From: Bacteroidota bacterium
Lineage (GTDB): Bacteria > Bacteroidota > Bacteroidia > AKYH767-A > OLB10
Assembly: GCA_016721435.1 (NCBI GenBank)
Contig: JADKIC010000005.1
Span: 48,157 to 112,156, forward strand
Length of the DNA: 64,000 nt
Direction: 5' to 3'
The position numbers and the translations under genes are program-made. The notes beneath the pieces were generated by a model. The model saw only the letters and a program-made list of their open reading frames with translations, made no database searches and had not been told where the DNA came from. Below are positions 1 to 10,143 of this stretch, piece after piece. Every line of letters begins with the position of its first letter. The first letter of the stretch is position 1.

Positions 1-1049
1 CTTTTCGGCAGCAGGATATTTGACCGTTTGGAGTCAATGATAAAATCAAAATAATATCGGTCATACAATACCGTATACCCACGCAGTGTATAGCGGAAAT
101 AAATATAATACTGACCGAAGAGATAGTCCACGTAATAATATAGAAATCTAAGAAACGAACTTATCGTATTCGTATTTGTACCCTGACGTGGATTTCTATC
201 CCTTGTTTTCTTCTCTGCTTCAGCTTTCCCATGCTTAAAGCTGCTCAGGATAGGAAACAAAGAAGGGCGATGACGTAACACGACCGTCTTTTGACGGTAT
301 TTATGTTGCAATGCAGATTCCACTTCAGCAATCATGGTGGATTTCCCGGCTCCATCTACACCACTAAAGGTGATGGTGATACCACGATGATTCAACAAAT
401 CACCGGTAGCATCTTTCCAATACCGTAAGGCATGCATTTGTTTAAAGGGAAAACGGTTTACGCTCAAGTCCTTGACATGACTGATAATTCGCTTTGAAAA
501 GCGTGTATTCATGTCGAATAGCTCGTCAAGTACATTGATATTCACCTTGTATTTTCCGGTTACATGTGTAAAAATGGTTGTCCGTTGTTCGAAGTTGAAT
601 CCTGCAAAATACTTTCGGTAGCGTTCGGGTACTGAAGCACTATTTAACTGATAGAATAATAGTATATACTCAAAATTATGGTGATGCGCGGCCCGCTTCA
701 ATCCTTGTTCATCTTCAAAGGCATGATCCAGCACTTCGGTGGAGTCGAGATAAATAGTTCCTTTTCTATCGAAGCGATTGATCAGGTCAATTTCAAGGTA
801 GGAACCATCCTGAAAGAAAATACTGACAAAAGTGACAAATGATTTTCGGTGAAGACGGACACGTTCAATGCCGGGTCCTTTGCGAATTATTTGCAGGAAC
901 GCCGGTTTCTCCGTCTCATCAATCAGCATATCCACATCGGAATTTTCCGGGAGTGCATCAATGGATTCATGTATAAACTTAAGCAAGGCATAGCGGAAAG
1001 GCTTTATCGCTTTGAAGAAATATGCTAAAAATGCCTTTCGCTGATTCAT
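1..1049 (-). CDS. Two-domain protein with its C-terminus outside the window: a nucleotidyltransferase-like N-terminal region fused to a P-loop (thymidylate-kinase-like) domain
   Basis: This minus-strand ORF runs off the window start, so it is absent from the ORF track (no stop in the window). My translation from the ATG at 1049-1047 reads MNQRKAFLAYFFKAIKPF... It contains an acidic NSDVDMLI motif, a Walker A motif FSGVDGAGKST (about nt 330-365), and LYDRYYFD. Its start overlaps the stop of the upstream gene (ATGA at 1046-1049). Confidence 0.55.
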   Translation of the reverse strand, partial: MNQRKAFLAYFFKAIKPFRYALLKFIHESIDALPENSDVDMLIDETEKPAFLQIIRKGPGIERVRLHRKSFVTFVSIFFQDGSYLEIDLINRFDRKGTIYLDSTEVLDHAFEDEQGLKRAAHHHNFEYILLFYQLNSASVPERYRKYFAGFNFEQRTTIFTHVTGKYKVNINVLDELFDMNTRFSKRIISHVKDLSVNRFPFKQMHALRYWKDATGDLLNHRGITITFSGVDGAGKSTMIAEVESALQHKYRQKTVVLRHRPSLFPILSSFKHGKAEAEKKTRDRNPRQGTNTNTISSFLRFLYYYVDYLFGQYYIYFRYTLRGYTVLYDRYYFDFIIDSKRSNILLPK

Positions 1050-2437
1050 GATTTTCCTACAGTTCGTTGTGTCGATTCGAGGTAATCTTCTATCGCCAAT
1101 GTCCATGCGTTCATCATCCATTGACTCTGCATCAGCGGTTCGCGTTCGCTGAGATACTGACGCAGGTAATGACTTACATTGAACAAGAGATAGAGGGCGT
1201 GATGAAGCGAGAGATGTATTCTGTACTTCTTCACGAGTTGCTGTACTAAAGGTTGAATGGTCCATTGGTTGATGGTATCTTTCACTTCAGCAAAACCCTT
1301 TCGTTGCTGAAGTATTAAACTCTGGTAGGTGAAATGGAATAAATCGAACAACATGGGCATTCCATTGCGGGCCATCTCCCAATCGTAAACGTAGAGACGT
1401 TGTTCATCGCAATACATATTCCAGGGCGTAAAATCGCCATGCGAAACAGATACGGGAACGGATTCCCCGATAGGAACCACCTGCAATAACTTCTTAAGGA
1501 GTTGAACCAGATGACGGGTACTTTCCTTATCGAGTTCATTGATAAAAACAAGCTCTTTCGTTAGAAAATCCATGTTGGAAAGAATGCTCTGCCAGGCTGC
1601 TGTATCTGCTACAGCTTTTTTCTCCCGGCTCAGGGCATACAACTCTGCCAAAGCACGTATATGGATCGCCGTTATACGATCAGCCGGAATAATCACTGCC
1701 GGTTTAATATTGGAAAGTCGCGCATGACCATTGATACGTTTGGAGATCTTTGGAATGCTCAGACTGGTAAAGTCATACTTATTCAGTGTGTTGACCATGT
1801 TATATTCGTTTTCAATCAAAAGCTTAGCTGCTTCTGTAAACGCCACTTTTATAAACCCTTGCGATTGATGGTTCTTGTGAACTTCCATGACCATCTTCCG
1901 CGTGATTCCCCGGGTACCGGTAAAGAAGGACACGACTTCGTCCGCATCAATTCCGTAACTCTTTTGTACTGTTTCAAAAAGTAATTGTTGCACTCTGAAG
2001 GTGCCGGAAGCCAATAACCGGGAATATCCTGCTTTCCAGACCAGGCGTGTGATCGTTTTATAGAGCTTTGCCTTAGTGGAAGCTGCATTGTACAAATCCA
2101 GGTGACCGGCATGTTCCCCATTGGAACCATAGAACCAGCGAATACTCCCATCAGGGTTGTTGATGTAATCAAAACTGACCCATTGATGATCTGACGCAGT
2201 ATTCAGGAATATATCAAAACCGGATTTATGTACTTCAACAATACAAGCCGGATAATCACGGTCGATGACATCATCCTTTTTCGTGAAAGAGGCAGCTGTT
2301 ACATTTCCGGAAATGCTGTTGTTCTTGTCCAGCAAATACAATTCCTTCCCTTCCGCGAAAAAATCACGTAAAAGCTGGAGATCGGTAAGGTGGAGCTTCG
2401 GAGGTTTCATTAGAGGTTGAAGCGTTTTTACGTTCAA
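1046..2437 (-). CDS. Aminoglycoside/choline-kinase-like (APH family) phosphotransferase in the EPS locus
   Basis: A 463-aa ORF. The C-terminal half has the protein-kinase-like catalytic loop SHGDFTPWNM (HxDxxxxN) followed by YVYDWEMA. The start could instead be the internal Met at 2410. Confidence 0.65.
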   Translation of the reverse strand: MNVKTLQPLMKPPKLHLTDLQLLRDFFAEGKELYLLDKNNSISGNVTAASFTKKDDVIDRDYPACIVEVHKSGFDIFLNTASDHQWVSFDYINNPDGSIRWFYGSNGEHAGHLDLYNAASTKAKLYKTITRLVWKAGYSRLLASGTFRVQQLLFETVQKSYGIDADEVVSFFTGTRGITRKMVMEVHKNHQSQGFIKVAFTEAAKLLIENEYNMVNTLNKYDFTSLSIPKISKRINGHARLSNIKPAVIIPADRITAIHIRALAELYALSREKKAVADTAAWQSILSNMDFLTKELVFINELDKESTRHLVQLLKKLLQVVPIGESVPVSVSHGDFTPWNMYCDEQRLYVYDWEMARNGMPMLFDLFHFTYQSLILQQRKGFAEVKDTINQWTIQPLVQQLVKKYRIHLSLHHALYLLFNVSHYLRQYLSEREPLMQSQWMMNAWTLAIEDYLESTQRTVGKS

Positions 2438-3664
2438 TACCCGTCTGAGGTTCCAAAGCAGCAGTAAATACTAAGAATAAATAAAATAATATACCATAAT
2501 TCGTCTCTCCGAAAATGCCAAATTCAGTGAGTGAGTTCACAAAAAGCGGAATGAAAATGAGTCCCACCACCATTCTGTACTTCTTATCGGCTACTTGCTT
2601 TACTGTCCATAAAAAAGCAGACAGTTGAATAAGAACAAGCAGCAAGCCTGTCATTCCCAAGCCAAGGAGGACCTGGAGAAATGTATTGTGAGTCATGGCA
2701 CCCGCATAGGCATTTATGACTCAAATTTATCCGCATAGTCAATACGCATATAACCATATCCGAACCATGCTTCACGTGGGAAGTTGTAGGTCAGCAGATC
2801 TCGCCAAAAGGGAAGTCTTCCGGTGAGTGTATAGATTTCCGTTAACTGATCCTGTTTTACAAAGAAGGACCAGCCTGCTAAGGGGATAAGTGCAATTCCA
2901 CCCAGAAAAATCAAAGTTCGTTGTAAGCGGCCTCCATTGGTTAACCCATAAACAAGTACTACAGCAAGCAATCCGATGAATGCCGATCGCGAACCGGTAA
3001 GCAGGAGCAACTGAATCAGCAAGAGTAGTGAAAGAATAACTGAAACCCGAAGACGACCATTCTTCACCAATAATGGTAGTAAGCAAGCAATGCCGATAAC
3101 AAGCAGCATCCCCAGTTCATTGGGATTAATGATAAATCCTCCCAATCGACTAACAGCACCACCATGAGTAAGACGGTAGAAGCGGTCGGGGTCGAGAAAT
3201 AGACCGATAAGAAAACCCAATCCGATAAAAAGGATAGCCGGTGCGAGCAACTTATGCAAATCAAAATAACCACCGGGATGCCGTTGACGGTAAATCGTTA
3301 AGAGGTAAATATAGAGGAATGAAAACGCAAAGCCTTCTATGTCCATCAACAGTTGCAGCAGACTCACGTCAAAGGAGCTGGTCCATAACAGCGAAGCCAT
3401 ACCGAATATTAAATAGACAACATACATCCACACGCTTACCGGCTGATGCATACGAAAGGTCTGTTTATTGTGCTCCCTCAAATGATACAGTACTGCTGCG
3501 AGCATCACCAGCGACAATCCCGCACGTAATCCCGCCTTCATAGCCTGTACCACCACAATAGAATCCGACAACATAAAATAAGAGCAAATACGCAAAATCA
3601 GCAATGCGATCAGGAAGTTCCTGTAACCTCTTGCCGGTTCACGTAATATACTTTGCGGTTTCAT
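2364..3664 (-). pseudogene. O-antigen polymerase/ligase family (Wzy-type) membrane protein, split by one frameshift
   Basis: ORFs 2714..3664 (316 aa, many TM helices) and 2364..2696 (110 aa) lie in different frames. The second carries the conserved ...AMTHNTFLQVLLGLGMTG core typical of this family. The join ...YADKFE | INAYAGAMTHN... needs a 1-nt correction near 2697-2716. Confidence 0.6.
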
Positions 3665-3681
3665 GGAGGGAGTTTGGTAAA

Positions 3682-4797
3682 TCAGGCTTTATAAATTTCC
3701 AGCATTCTGCCGGCGATAGCATTCCAGTTAAATTCTTCAGCCACCATTTCACGGGCACGTTCACCCATCTTCAGGTATTCCTTTGATAGATAAAGATCAT
3801 GAAATGTAGACAACGTCGTTTCAATCGTTTTAGAAGTACTTTTCCGGAGATGTAATCCGGCACCATACTGTTCCACTTCCTGCCCGACATTCGTAGCAGT
3901 ACTCACCATAAGGGCTATCCCCAAAGCGCCTGCTTCCAGTACTGCTGTAGGAGAACCCTCTGAACGGGAGGGATGACAAAAGAGATCCATGTTAGCAATG
4001 CGATTCAATTTATCCTTTCCATATCGCGCACCCATGAAAACAATACGATCATTCACATGTAATGACTTCGAGAGCGCTTCCAGCTTGGGACGATCAGGAC
4101 CATCACCTATCAACCATAGTTCTCCTTCACCGCCTTTCTTACAGTAGGCGGCAAAACCCTCCACCAACAAATCCAATCCTTTATAATAAATATCCATCCG
4201 CCCGCAAAAACCAAACACCGGCGATTGGCGACGTTGCATTTTATGAAATTCGAAATTCAGTTCTTTAAAATCCTGCCCATTCGGAACAACTACTTTGTTC
4301 TGTAGTCGCATCAGGTTGGCCATATTATCAAACTCACTCTGACCCAGGAACTGCACTTTCTTCGCTTCCTTCAATATCACCTTTTCATAGCGGTTAAAAT
4401 AGACCTTCTTCACCCACTTGTTCTTCTCCAAAGCCACTTTGTTAAAGGCACCATGCGGGGTGTACACAAATGGTATTTTGAGGTCTTTCAACAGACTTAC
4501 TACTTTATAGAAATCATTGATGAAAGCACCATGGATATGAAATATTGTTCCTTTCTGTTGTTTTGAAATGCGATGCATGAGTTGGGGATCCAGGTCGCGG
4601 TAAAAAGGCTGTGCACGAAAAAGAACAGTTGGAAAGGGACGGGGATAAACAGTATCCTCCACATTTTTGTAATGCCCCAGATTTCTACGTTCACCCCCTT
4701 TCTCGTACAAGCTCATCGACAAAAAGTGCACGACCCTATTCACGCCGTTCATGCGTTCAGGATTGGCTTTACCCAAAACAAGATGGATCACCTTCAT
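3682..4797 (-). CDS. Glycosyltransferase, GT-B fold (family 4-like)
   Basis: The ORF is 3682..4845, and the likely true start is MKVIHLVLGK (ATG at 4797-4795). The upstream 16 codons are read out of the 86-bp repeat. The EX7E-type region is HPSRSEGSPTAVLEAGALG. Confidence 0.75.
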   Translation of the reverse strand: MKVIHLVLGKANPERMNGVNRVVHFLSMSLYEKGGERRNLGHYKNVEDTVYPRPFPTVLFRAQPFYRDLDPQLMHRISKQQKGTIFHIHGAFINDFYKVVSLLKDLKIPFVYTPHGAFNKVALEKNKWVKKVYFNRYEKVILKEAKKVQFLGQSEFDNMANLMRLQNKVVVPNGQDFKELNFEFHKMQRRQSPVFGFCGRMDIYYKGLDLLVEGFAAYCKKGGEGELWLIGDGPDRPKLEALSKSLHVNDRIVFMGARYGKDKLNRIANMDLFCHPSRSEGSPTAVLEAGALGIALMVSTATNVGQEVEQYGAGLHLRKSTSKTIETTLSTFHDLYLSKEYLKMGERAREMVAEEFNWNAIAGRMLEIYKA

Positions 4798-4837
4798 AGA
4801 TAGCCTTTCTACGTGTAAGATTGATGTAAGGTTTCGT

Positions 4838-5250
4838 CTCGTCATTACTCATCTCGGCTTCGCCGATTTGAAACTGACGAGATTTTGGGAGTGATTCGTC
4901 AACTGACGGGATTGAAGGAGCATCTCGTCATTACTCATCTCATCTGCGATGATTTGAAACTGACGAGATTTTGGGAGTGATTCGTCAACTGACGGGATTG
5001 AAGGAGCATCTCGTCATTACTCATCTCATCTGCGATGATTTGAAACTGACGAGATTTTGGGAGTGATTCGTCAACTGACGGGATTGAAGGAGCATCTCGT
5101 CATTGCTCATCTTATCTGCGATGATTTGAAACTGACGAGATTTTGGGAGTGATTCGTCAACTGACGGGATTGAAGGAGCATCTCGTCATTGCTCATCTCA
5201 TCTGCGTTGAGCTGAATCTGACGAGATTGGGGATGAGTCGTTCGCGGGAG
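4838..5250. repeat. Tandem 86-bp repeat, about 4.8 copies, each unit a nested hairpin
   Basis: The motif CTCGTCATT recurs at 4838, 4924, 5010, 5096 and 5182, an exact 86-bp period. Each unit has an outer stem ATCTCGTCA...TGACGAGAT, an inner stem TCATC-TGC-GATGA, and a second hairpin CGTCA-AC-TGACG. The last unit is degenerate. No ORF of 60 aa or more crosses it. Confidence 0.95.
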
Positions 5251-5686
5251 GAGGCATTAAATACGCTTGTTGAGGAAGATTCAATGCGCAGGTAGGACAT
5301 TCTTTCGTCAAAATTCAATTTATCATCTATAATAAAAATATAAAGAGATTATTTGAAGGATTGTTCGTTGAGCATCGACAGCCTCGATTTTGACTGAACT
5401 CTTTAGCTACATCTTGTTCTACAAAATGTACTATACAAATGAATAATTTCTGTTTAGGCAGTTGAAATCGTATCAATTTAGACCAATTGATCTGGAACAG
5501 ATTAAACGAAGATTCAAATTCAGTTATCACATTTAAATAAAACTTAATTATTTATAGAATTTCTGCGTGTAAAGCGGCGGCTAAAAATCAAATTCCAGCA
5601 AACAATTTTGTCAATTCAGGTCAAAAATCACTTCGCCGGAGCATCCATCTCCTTCCTCAAATGATACCAATAAATAAAAATAGTGA

Positions 5687-6895
5687 TCAGTTGTGTGGCA
5701 CAAGCCCTATCAGCACACCGGCTAATCCAAACATTTTGATGATGGGATAGGCGGTGAGAATACTGAAAGCGCTGCTGACAATGAAGGAAAGAAATATCAA
5801 CCGTGTGTTTTCGAGGGTGCGGATGGCATAGCGTAAGGGATAGCCCATGAAGATGATCACATATAATCCGCAAAAACCTAAGAGCATGTACTGGTATCCG
5901 ATAAACTCGGCACCGTAAAACATGACGATGATTTGCTTACTGAAGAAGGCGATGAGAGCCAGCAAGGATAAAGTTAAAAATCCCATGCGCAAGGTGAAGC
6001 CCTTGAGGTAGTTGAACATTTGTTTCTTTCCCCCTGTGCGCAGATGACTTGCTGCACGTACCGGAATAATATTTTCCATGGCAAGAAAGAGCACATGCGT
6101 AATGCCGACAATGTTCTGTGCCATGCGTGTGGCTCCTACTGCAATTGGTCCGATGATGGCACCGGCAGCGATGATGAACAGATTGCCGCTAAACCATTGG
6201 AGGAGTGCCGTTGCCGTTAACCACTTGCTGAAATCCCAATGTTCCAGGACAGATGCTTTTATTAACCGGGTATTGAATCGCAATTGATCCAGCGACCAGA
6301 GTCCTACCAACGAGGCATAGAGAAAGAAAACCGCCGTGAGCAATAAGACGAATTGTGCATCCATGGTGCGCACAAAGTGGATGGCAAACGCGCTAAGCAA
6401 GACTCCGCCATAAGCAATGGCATCAATTAAAAATGATTTATACGGTTTCCCAATGACAAAGAAATAACGACGAAAGAAATCCTGCAATAAAAAAGAGAAT
6501 ACGGCGAGCGGGAAAGCAAGAATGATACTTTGTACTTTCCATTTATCTAAAATATAACTCATGACCACAACCGCCATGAACGCTAAAAAACCCATGAGGG
6601 CGGCGAATAAGAGTTGCTTAAAGACGAGAGTCTGCAAATAGGCCTTCTGCACCTCCGCTGTTTTTTTTCCACTTAGCGTTTGCATCGGTGAAATGATGAA
6701 GGGCTGATTGATGCTGCTTGCAATAAACACACCCAGCCAGGCGATGCTGTAAATTCCAAATCCCTCTAAACCCAGGTAACGCGCCAGGACCACACTCGAT
6801 AAAAAATTCAACCCGCTCACCAATGCCTGATCGGCATAGATAATGGCTGTTCCGCTGCGGAGGAACTGTTTCGGGCGTGTGAGACTTATCTGCAT
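5687..6895 (-). CDS. Polysaccharide/oligosaccharide flippase (Wzx-type, MOP superfamily)
   Basis: A 402-aa ORF that is hydrophobic throughout (about 12 predicted TM segments). It sits between the Wzc-type and glycosyltransferase genes. Confidence 0.65.
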   Translation of the reverse strand: MQISLTRPKQFLRSGTAIIYADQALVSGLNFLSSVVLARYLGLEGFGIYSIAWLGVFIASSINQPFIISPMQTLSGKKTAEVQKAYLQTLVFKQLLFAALMGFLAFMAVVVMSYILDKWKVQSIILAFPLAVFSFLLQDFFRRYFFVIGKPYKSFLIDAIAYGGVLLSAFAIHFVRTMDAQFVLLLTAVFFLYASLVGLWSLDQLRFNTRLIKASVLEHWDFSKWLTATALLQWFSGNLFIIAAGAIIGPIAVGATRMAQNIVGITHVLFLAMENIIPVRAASHLRTGGKKQMFNYLKGFTLRMGFLTLSLLALIAFFSKQIIVMFYGAEFIGYQYMLLGFCGLYVIIFMGYPLRYAIRTLENTRLIFLSFIVSSAFSILTAYPIIKMFGLAGVLIGLVPHN

Positions 6896-6904
6896 AAAAT
6901 CAGC

Positions 6905-9205
6905 TTACCACATGAAGAGGTTCGTCAGTTGCGCGGGGACTTTTTTTCCTTTGATGGTTTTGACTTTTGCCGGGGAAATGTATCCGGTATGATTGCGCTT
7001 TTCCTTCATGGCATTGAGGACATAGTACACTTCCTCCAAACGGTATTCTTCTTTTACCATTTCCGCATTCGCTACCAACTCGGTACGGTCGCTATCCGCT
7101 CTTACTACATATAAGTTCAGATCGCTCCACTTCACAAACGGAATCGCGTCGGTGTACTCTCCTACTTCGGGGGTATCGATGATGACAGCGTCGTATTGTG
7201 TATGTAGTTCTGCAATAATTTCTCTTGTGCGCGTTGTGGCTATCAAATGTCCGATGGGTTTATCCGATTCGCCCGCAGAAACCACATCCAGGTTCGGAAT
7301 AGCCGTTAACTGAATGGCATCCTGCAGCGAACTTTGGTGGAGATAGACTTCCTTAATACCATTGCTGTTGCGGGTATCAAACCATTCTCCCAAACGGGGA
7401 AAGTGGGTATTGAGATCGAGGAGAATGACTTTTTTATCCTGTGCGGCAAGTGTACGTGCCAGTTGTGCAGCAATAAAGGATTTGCCTTCACCTTTGCGGG
7501 TACTCGTCACCGTTATGACCAGTGATTGGTCCATCGGCTTGTTCATCAGGATTCGTGTACTCAATGCGGTGAATGCTTTGTAAGCCGGTTCATCTTTTCT
7601 AAACTGTTGCACTTGTCCGATGACCGGAATAGTAGAATCTTTACCCAGATCTTCCGGTGTATTGACAGAAGGTTTGGTATAATGTCGGAAGTAAGCAAGT
7701 ACAACGCCGAGGATGAGTCCAAGGAACAAGGCAACACCCCAGATCACATCTCTGCGTGGCGCTACAGCTTCGATCGGAACATCGGCAGATTCTAAAATGC
7801 GATTGAAGGAAACATTTACCTGTTTGGTAATGATGGCTTCGGTTCGCTTTTCAATGAGGAAATTATAGACTTTCTCAAAGAGGAAATAATTTCTATTGAG
7901 TTCCTGGAGCGTACTTTCTTTCTCCGGTAGTCCTTTGAAAGTGGCTTTTTGATCATCGATGGCGAGATATAAGTCATCCTGCTTCAGTAAAAGTTTGCGC
8001 CGGGTATTGTTAATACTCTCTACCAAATACGCTTTCTGCTGTGCAATTTCTGCTTCAGCACTTCGCACCCTGTCATTATCCGCTGTATATTTCCGCAACA
8101 GGTCATCGCGCTCCCGCATTTTACCGTTGAGGCGACTGACACTCTCTGAAAACAATTGATCTATGACGGTACCATATTCGGGACCGGAAAATTTTATTTC
8201 CTTATTCTTTCGCAAATAATCACTCATGTTCTCCAATACGGTCAGTTGCATGCCGATATCGACTTTCTGAATTTCCAGCTCTCCGAGCGTTTTATAGGTC
8301 GCTTCTGTTTCCTGAGAGATATTTACGATTTCATTTTTTATCCGGTAACTCTTAATCGCATCTCTGGCTGCTTCCAGTTCACGGCCTACGATAGCAATTT
8401 GCTGATTGATGAAATCAACAGTGTTCCCTGCCAGGTCCTGCTTATCGGCGATTCCCTGACTGATATACGTTTCAGCAATGGCATTCACAAGCAACGATGC
8501 TTTTTCCGGAACAGGATGCGTATAATATAACTTAACAATATTTACATCTTTGTCAATGGCCTTCACCAGGAATTGCGGACCCATCAATTTAGCAGACAGT
8601 GCTGAGCGGGAATACACAGTAAAACTCCAGGGCTCATTCATCTTACTGCGATGGTACTTCCATTGCTGTTCGTCTTTCTTAATAGTGACACATAATCCCT
8701 TCTCACATAATGGCTGACCGAACTGACCTTCCTTCTCAATAGAACGACCTCCCGACTCATAGCTGATTTTAAATTTCTCTCCGGCATCGTATCTGAAATC
8801 AAAGGAAAGCGATCGGAAGGAAGAGTCGGCGATGGTGAAATCAACATAGAAAGGAGCGGCATGATACACTTCCTCTTTCTTCAATTCACCCTGACGATAA
8901 TATTCAACATAGAAATCCAGGCGGTCGAGGGCTCTTTCGAAAAGGGAGCGGGACTTCAAGACCTCCACTTCTGTTTGTACTTTGGAGTTGACTTTAAATA
9001 CGTCGAAGTCGCGGTATAAATTACTGCCCGACATCCCATCATGGGCATCTTCAATGCGCAAAGTAGCCGTTGCCTGGTACTGCGCTGTGGCCATATAAAG
9101 GTAACGCGTAGCCGCAATTCCGGAGAGGAGAATGCAGATAACAATCAGATACCATCGCTTTTGCAATGGATAGAGGATAGACTGGAGTGAACCTGGGCTG
9201 CGCAT
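6905..9205 (-). CDS. Polysaccharide co-polymerase / tyrosine autokinase (Wzc/GumC-type)
   Basis: A 766-aa ORF. It has an N-terminal TM segment and chain-length-determinant region, a long coiled-coil periplasmic part and a second TM segment. The C-terminal P-loop domain carries VTSTRKGEGKSFIAAQLA (Walker A), VILLDLN (A') and AVIIDTPEVG (Walker B). Confidence 0.85.
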   Translation of the reverse strand: MRSPGSLQSILYPLQKRWYLIVICILLSGIAATRYLYMATAQYQATATLRIEDAHDGMSGSNLYRDFDVFKVNSKVQTEVEVLKSRSLFERALDRLDFYVEYYRQGELKKEEVYHAAPFYVDFTIADSSFRSLSFDFRYDAGEKFKISYESGGRSIEKEGQFGQPLCEKGLCVTIKKDEQQWKYHRSKMNEPWSFTVYSRSALSAKLMGPQFLVKAIDKDVNIVKLYYTHPVPEKASLLVNAIAETYISQGIADKQDLAGNTVDFINQQIAIVGRELEAARDAIKSYRIKNEIVNISQETEATYKTLGELEIQKVDIGMQLTVLENMSDYLRKNKEIKFSGPEYGTVIDQLFSESVSRLNGKMRERDDLLRKYTADNDRVRSAEAEIAQQKAYLVESINNTRRKLLLKQDDLYLAIDDQKATFKGLPEKESTLQELNRNYFLFEKVYNFLIEKRTEAIITKQVNVSFNRILESADVPIEAVAPRRDVIWGVALFLGLILGVVLAYFRHYTKPSVNTPEDLGKDSTIPVIGQVQQFRKDEPAYKAFTALSTRILMNKPMDQSLVITVTSTRKGEGKSFIAAQLARTLAAQDKKVILLDLNTHFPRLGEWFDTRNSNGIKEVYLHQSSLQDAIQLTAIPNLDVVSAGESDKPIGHLIATTRTREIIAELHTQYDAVIIDTPEVGEYTDAIPFVKWSDLNLYVVRADSDRTELVANAEMVKEEYRLEEVYYVLNAMKEKRNHTGYISPAKVKTIKGKKVPAQLTNLFMW

Positions 9206-9207
9206 GA

Positions 9208-9951
9208 TTAATCGTTTGATACACTATAAACCAGTGCTAATGCTGTCAGCAGACTGGCGAGAGGGATGAGTTTGGATGCAAAGCGGTCGAAGGCTTTGTT
9301 CCGGCCGGGAGGAATATAGATGACGTCGCGCGGATAGACGAGCGTTTCATTGTTGATCGCTTCGGTCAGATTGATTTTAATTGTTTCTGTGCCGCGGATG
9401 ATTTTAATTTCAGTGGTTCGTGCATAGTCCGTGAGACCATTGGCTTTTCCGAGCATGTCAACGAGGCGGGCATGGTCGGTATGGAAAACATAATTTCCCG
9501 GACGCTGTACTTCACCGAGTACGGTCACCTGATTGTTCAATAAGCGCAGATTCAGAACAGGCTTTTGAATGAACTGACTGTAGACACCGATTAGTTTCTC
9601 TTCTGCTTTTCGAAGTGTAAGGCCATCCAGATTTACCTTTCCTACCTGCGGAAGATTCACTTCCCCTTTCTCATCAATCATCAGCCATTTTCCGGATTCT
9701 TCAGGCGAATTGTAAACGGTATGGATGGAACCAACGCTCAAATCGTCATGACCCCAGATGCTCAATGAGATTTTATCACCAAAACTCAGTGTTTTCTCCA
9801 CTGCCTGAACGTTAGAATCCTGTTTCGCACCGGGCTTCGCGGCAGTCTGGTACAAGGCATAGCGGTTACAGGAACTAAATAGCAGCAGCATGATCATCCC
9901 CGAAACGAAGAGGAGGGCTGCTTTCAGAAAAAAATCGGTTTTTACTTTCAT
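9208..9951 (-). CDS. Polysaccharide export outer-membrane protein (Wza-type)
   Basis: A 247-aa ORF with a signal/lipoprotein-like N-terminus (LLFSSCNRY). It has the GDKISLSIWGHDDLS and VTVLGEVQRPG motifs of the Poly_export/SLBB architecture. It is the first gene of the locus, directly upstream of the Wzc-type gene. Confidence 0.8.
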   Translation of the reverse strand: MKVKTDFFLKAALLFVSGMIMLLLFSSCNRYALYQTAAKPGAKQDSNVQAVEKTLSFGDKISLSIWGHDDLSVGSIHTVYNSPEESGKWLMIDEKGEVNLPQVGKVNLDGLTLRKAEEKLIGVYSQFIQKPVLNLRLLNNQVTVLGEVQRPGNYVFHTDHARLVDMLGKANGLTDYARTTEIKIIRGTETIKINLTEAINNETLVYPRDVIYIPPGRNKAFDRFASKLIPLASLLTALALVYSVSND

Positions 9952-10130
9952 GGTGGTTTTAATGATTGATTTCCGCTTAACGGTACACTCTTATCACAAT
10001 TAAACTGTAATGAGCGGGAAAGGGTTTCAATTCTTGAAATAACATTACGCCTGCCAGGGAGAAGGCCTTACCAATGAGCAGGGTCAGTTTAAAAACATAT
10101 TGTACTTCTATGGTCTGGCCAATTACTCGA

Positions 10131-10143
10131 TTTTTTTTTTTTT
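10131..10143. repeat. T13 homopolymer followed by A6, in the leader/promoter region of the EPS operon
   Basis: Direct reading gives cga-T13-A6-tatttaaatttt. The tract lies about 180-190 nt upstream of the Wza-type start codon at 9951. Confidence 0.9.
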
